Assembly: GCA_963845275.1 (NCBI GenBank)
Contig: CAWJRR010000002.1
Span: 204,901-268,900 of the forward strand
DNA: 64,000 bases
Direction of reading: 5' to 3'
Source: Candidatus Bathyarchaeota archaeon
Lineage (GTDB): Archaea; Thermoproteota; Bathyarchaeia; 40CM-2-53-6
A program made the translations under genes and the position numbers. The notes under the pieces were generated by a model that made no database searches, was not told the origin of the DNA, and saw only the letters and a program-made list of their open reading frames with translations. Numbering within the stretch: the stretch's first letter is position 1; each line of letters opens with the position of its first letter. Positions 63,737 through 64,000 of the stretch are shown piece by piece.

Positions 63737-64000
63737 ATGAGTATGGTAAAATCAGCCCTAGTAGACAAAAAGCACGCCATCTACCTTCCACAAGACGAAA
63801 TGCCCACTCACTGGTACAACATCCTCGCCGATCTTCCTGAACCGGTGCCTCCCGCTCTCGATCCCAAGACGCTCAAACCGATCTCACCCGAACCTTTGAT
63901 GAGAATATTCGCAAAAGAGCTCATTATGCAAGAAGTCTCCACCGAACGCTTCCTCAAGATACCGGATGAGGTGTATGACGCATATCTTAGCCTGCCGCGT
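63737..64000 (+). CDS. trpB2: Tryptophan synthase beta-like protein, TrpB2 type (5' partial, runs off the window)
   Basis: The open frame to the window end reads MSMVKSALVDKKHAIYLPQDEMPTHWYNILADLPEPVPPALDP...ELIMQEVSTERFLKIPDEVYDAYLSLPR. This is the typical TrpB2 N-terminal extension. Confidence 0.65.
   Translation, partial: MSMVKSALVDKKHAIYLPQDEMPTHWYNILADLPEPVPPALDPKTLKPISPEPLMRIFAKELIMQEVSTERFLKIPDEVYDAYLSLPR

Noticed and set aside
1-64000. CRISPR arrays, rRNA genes, additional tRNAs
   Set aside because: None was seen on either strand on manual reading. The only tRNA-like sequences are the one gene and the two 3'-end relics listed.

Overview
Archaeal chromosomal window. The markers are LSm-L37e, proteasome beta, aCPSF1/FttA, a multi-OB RPA, an Lhr-type helicase, SepF, and a tRNA that appears to carry two non-canonical introns. 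These suggest a TACK/Thermoproteota-like or related lineage, but the taxon cannot be fixed from sequence alone. The window has three parts.

(1) 1-11.9 kb is a cell-envelope locus. It is led by a 1709-aa surface protein made of tandem Ig-like domains, six of them encoded by near-identical 324/336-bp DNA repeats. Several secreted or membrane proteins follow, then ubiX, a frameshifted BNR-repeat gene and a MoaD-like gene.

(2) About 12.1-40.8 kb is an integrated genomic island of about 28.7 kb at a tRNA (modelled as tRNA-Ser CGA). It is bounded by an exact 26-bp repeat of the tRNA 3' end and carries a tyrosine integrase next to the tRNA. Its contents are:
- a possibly nested 8.6-kb module holding GIY-YIG and HNH nucleases and a five-gene type I R-M operon (hsdM, PIN, hsdS, hsdR, DUF45 peptidase)
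- a GC-rich foreign gene fragment
- two transposase-like genes, one of them SWIM + DDE/IS6-like and directly preceded by a solo Cas4-like nuclease
- an uncharacterised cassette of AbrB-like, Zn-ribbon, membrane-anchored 5'(3')-deoxynucleotidase, membrane protein and AbrB-like genes, behind a four-half-site palindromic operator
- a nucleotidyltransferase-fold gene and a metallophosphoesterase gene
- an HTH regulator flanked by a perfect 29-bp inverted repeat
- a metabolic block (APC permease, ThDP enzyme, DhaK/DhaL) ending in gene remnants.

(3) 40.9-64 kb is ordinary housekeeping content.

The most novel-looking candidates are the membrane deoxynucleotidase cassette and the Cas4-like/SWIM-DDE pair. 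All functional calls rest on motif recognition by eye. No database search, GC calculation or RNA folding was run.
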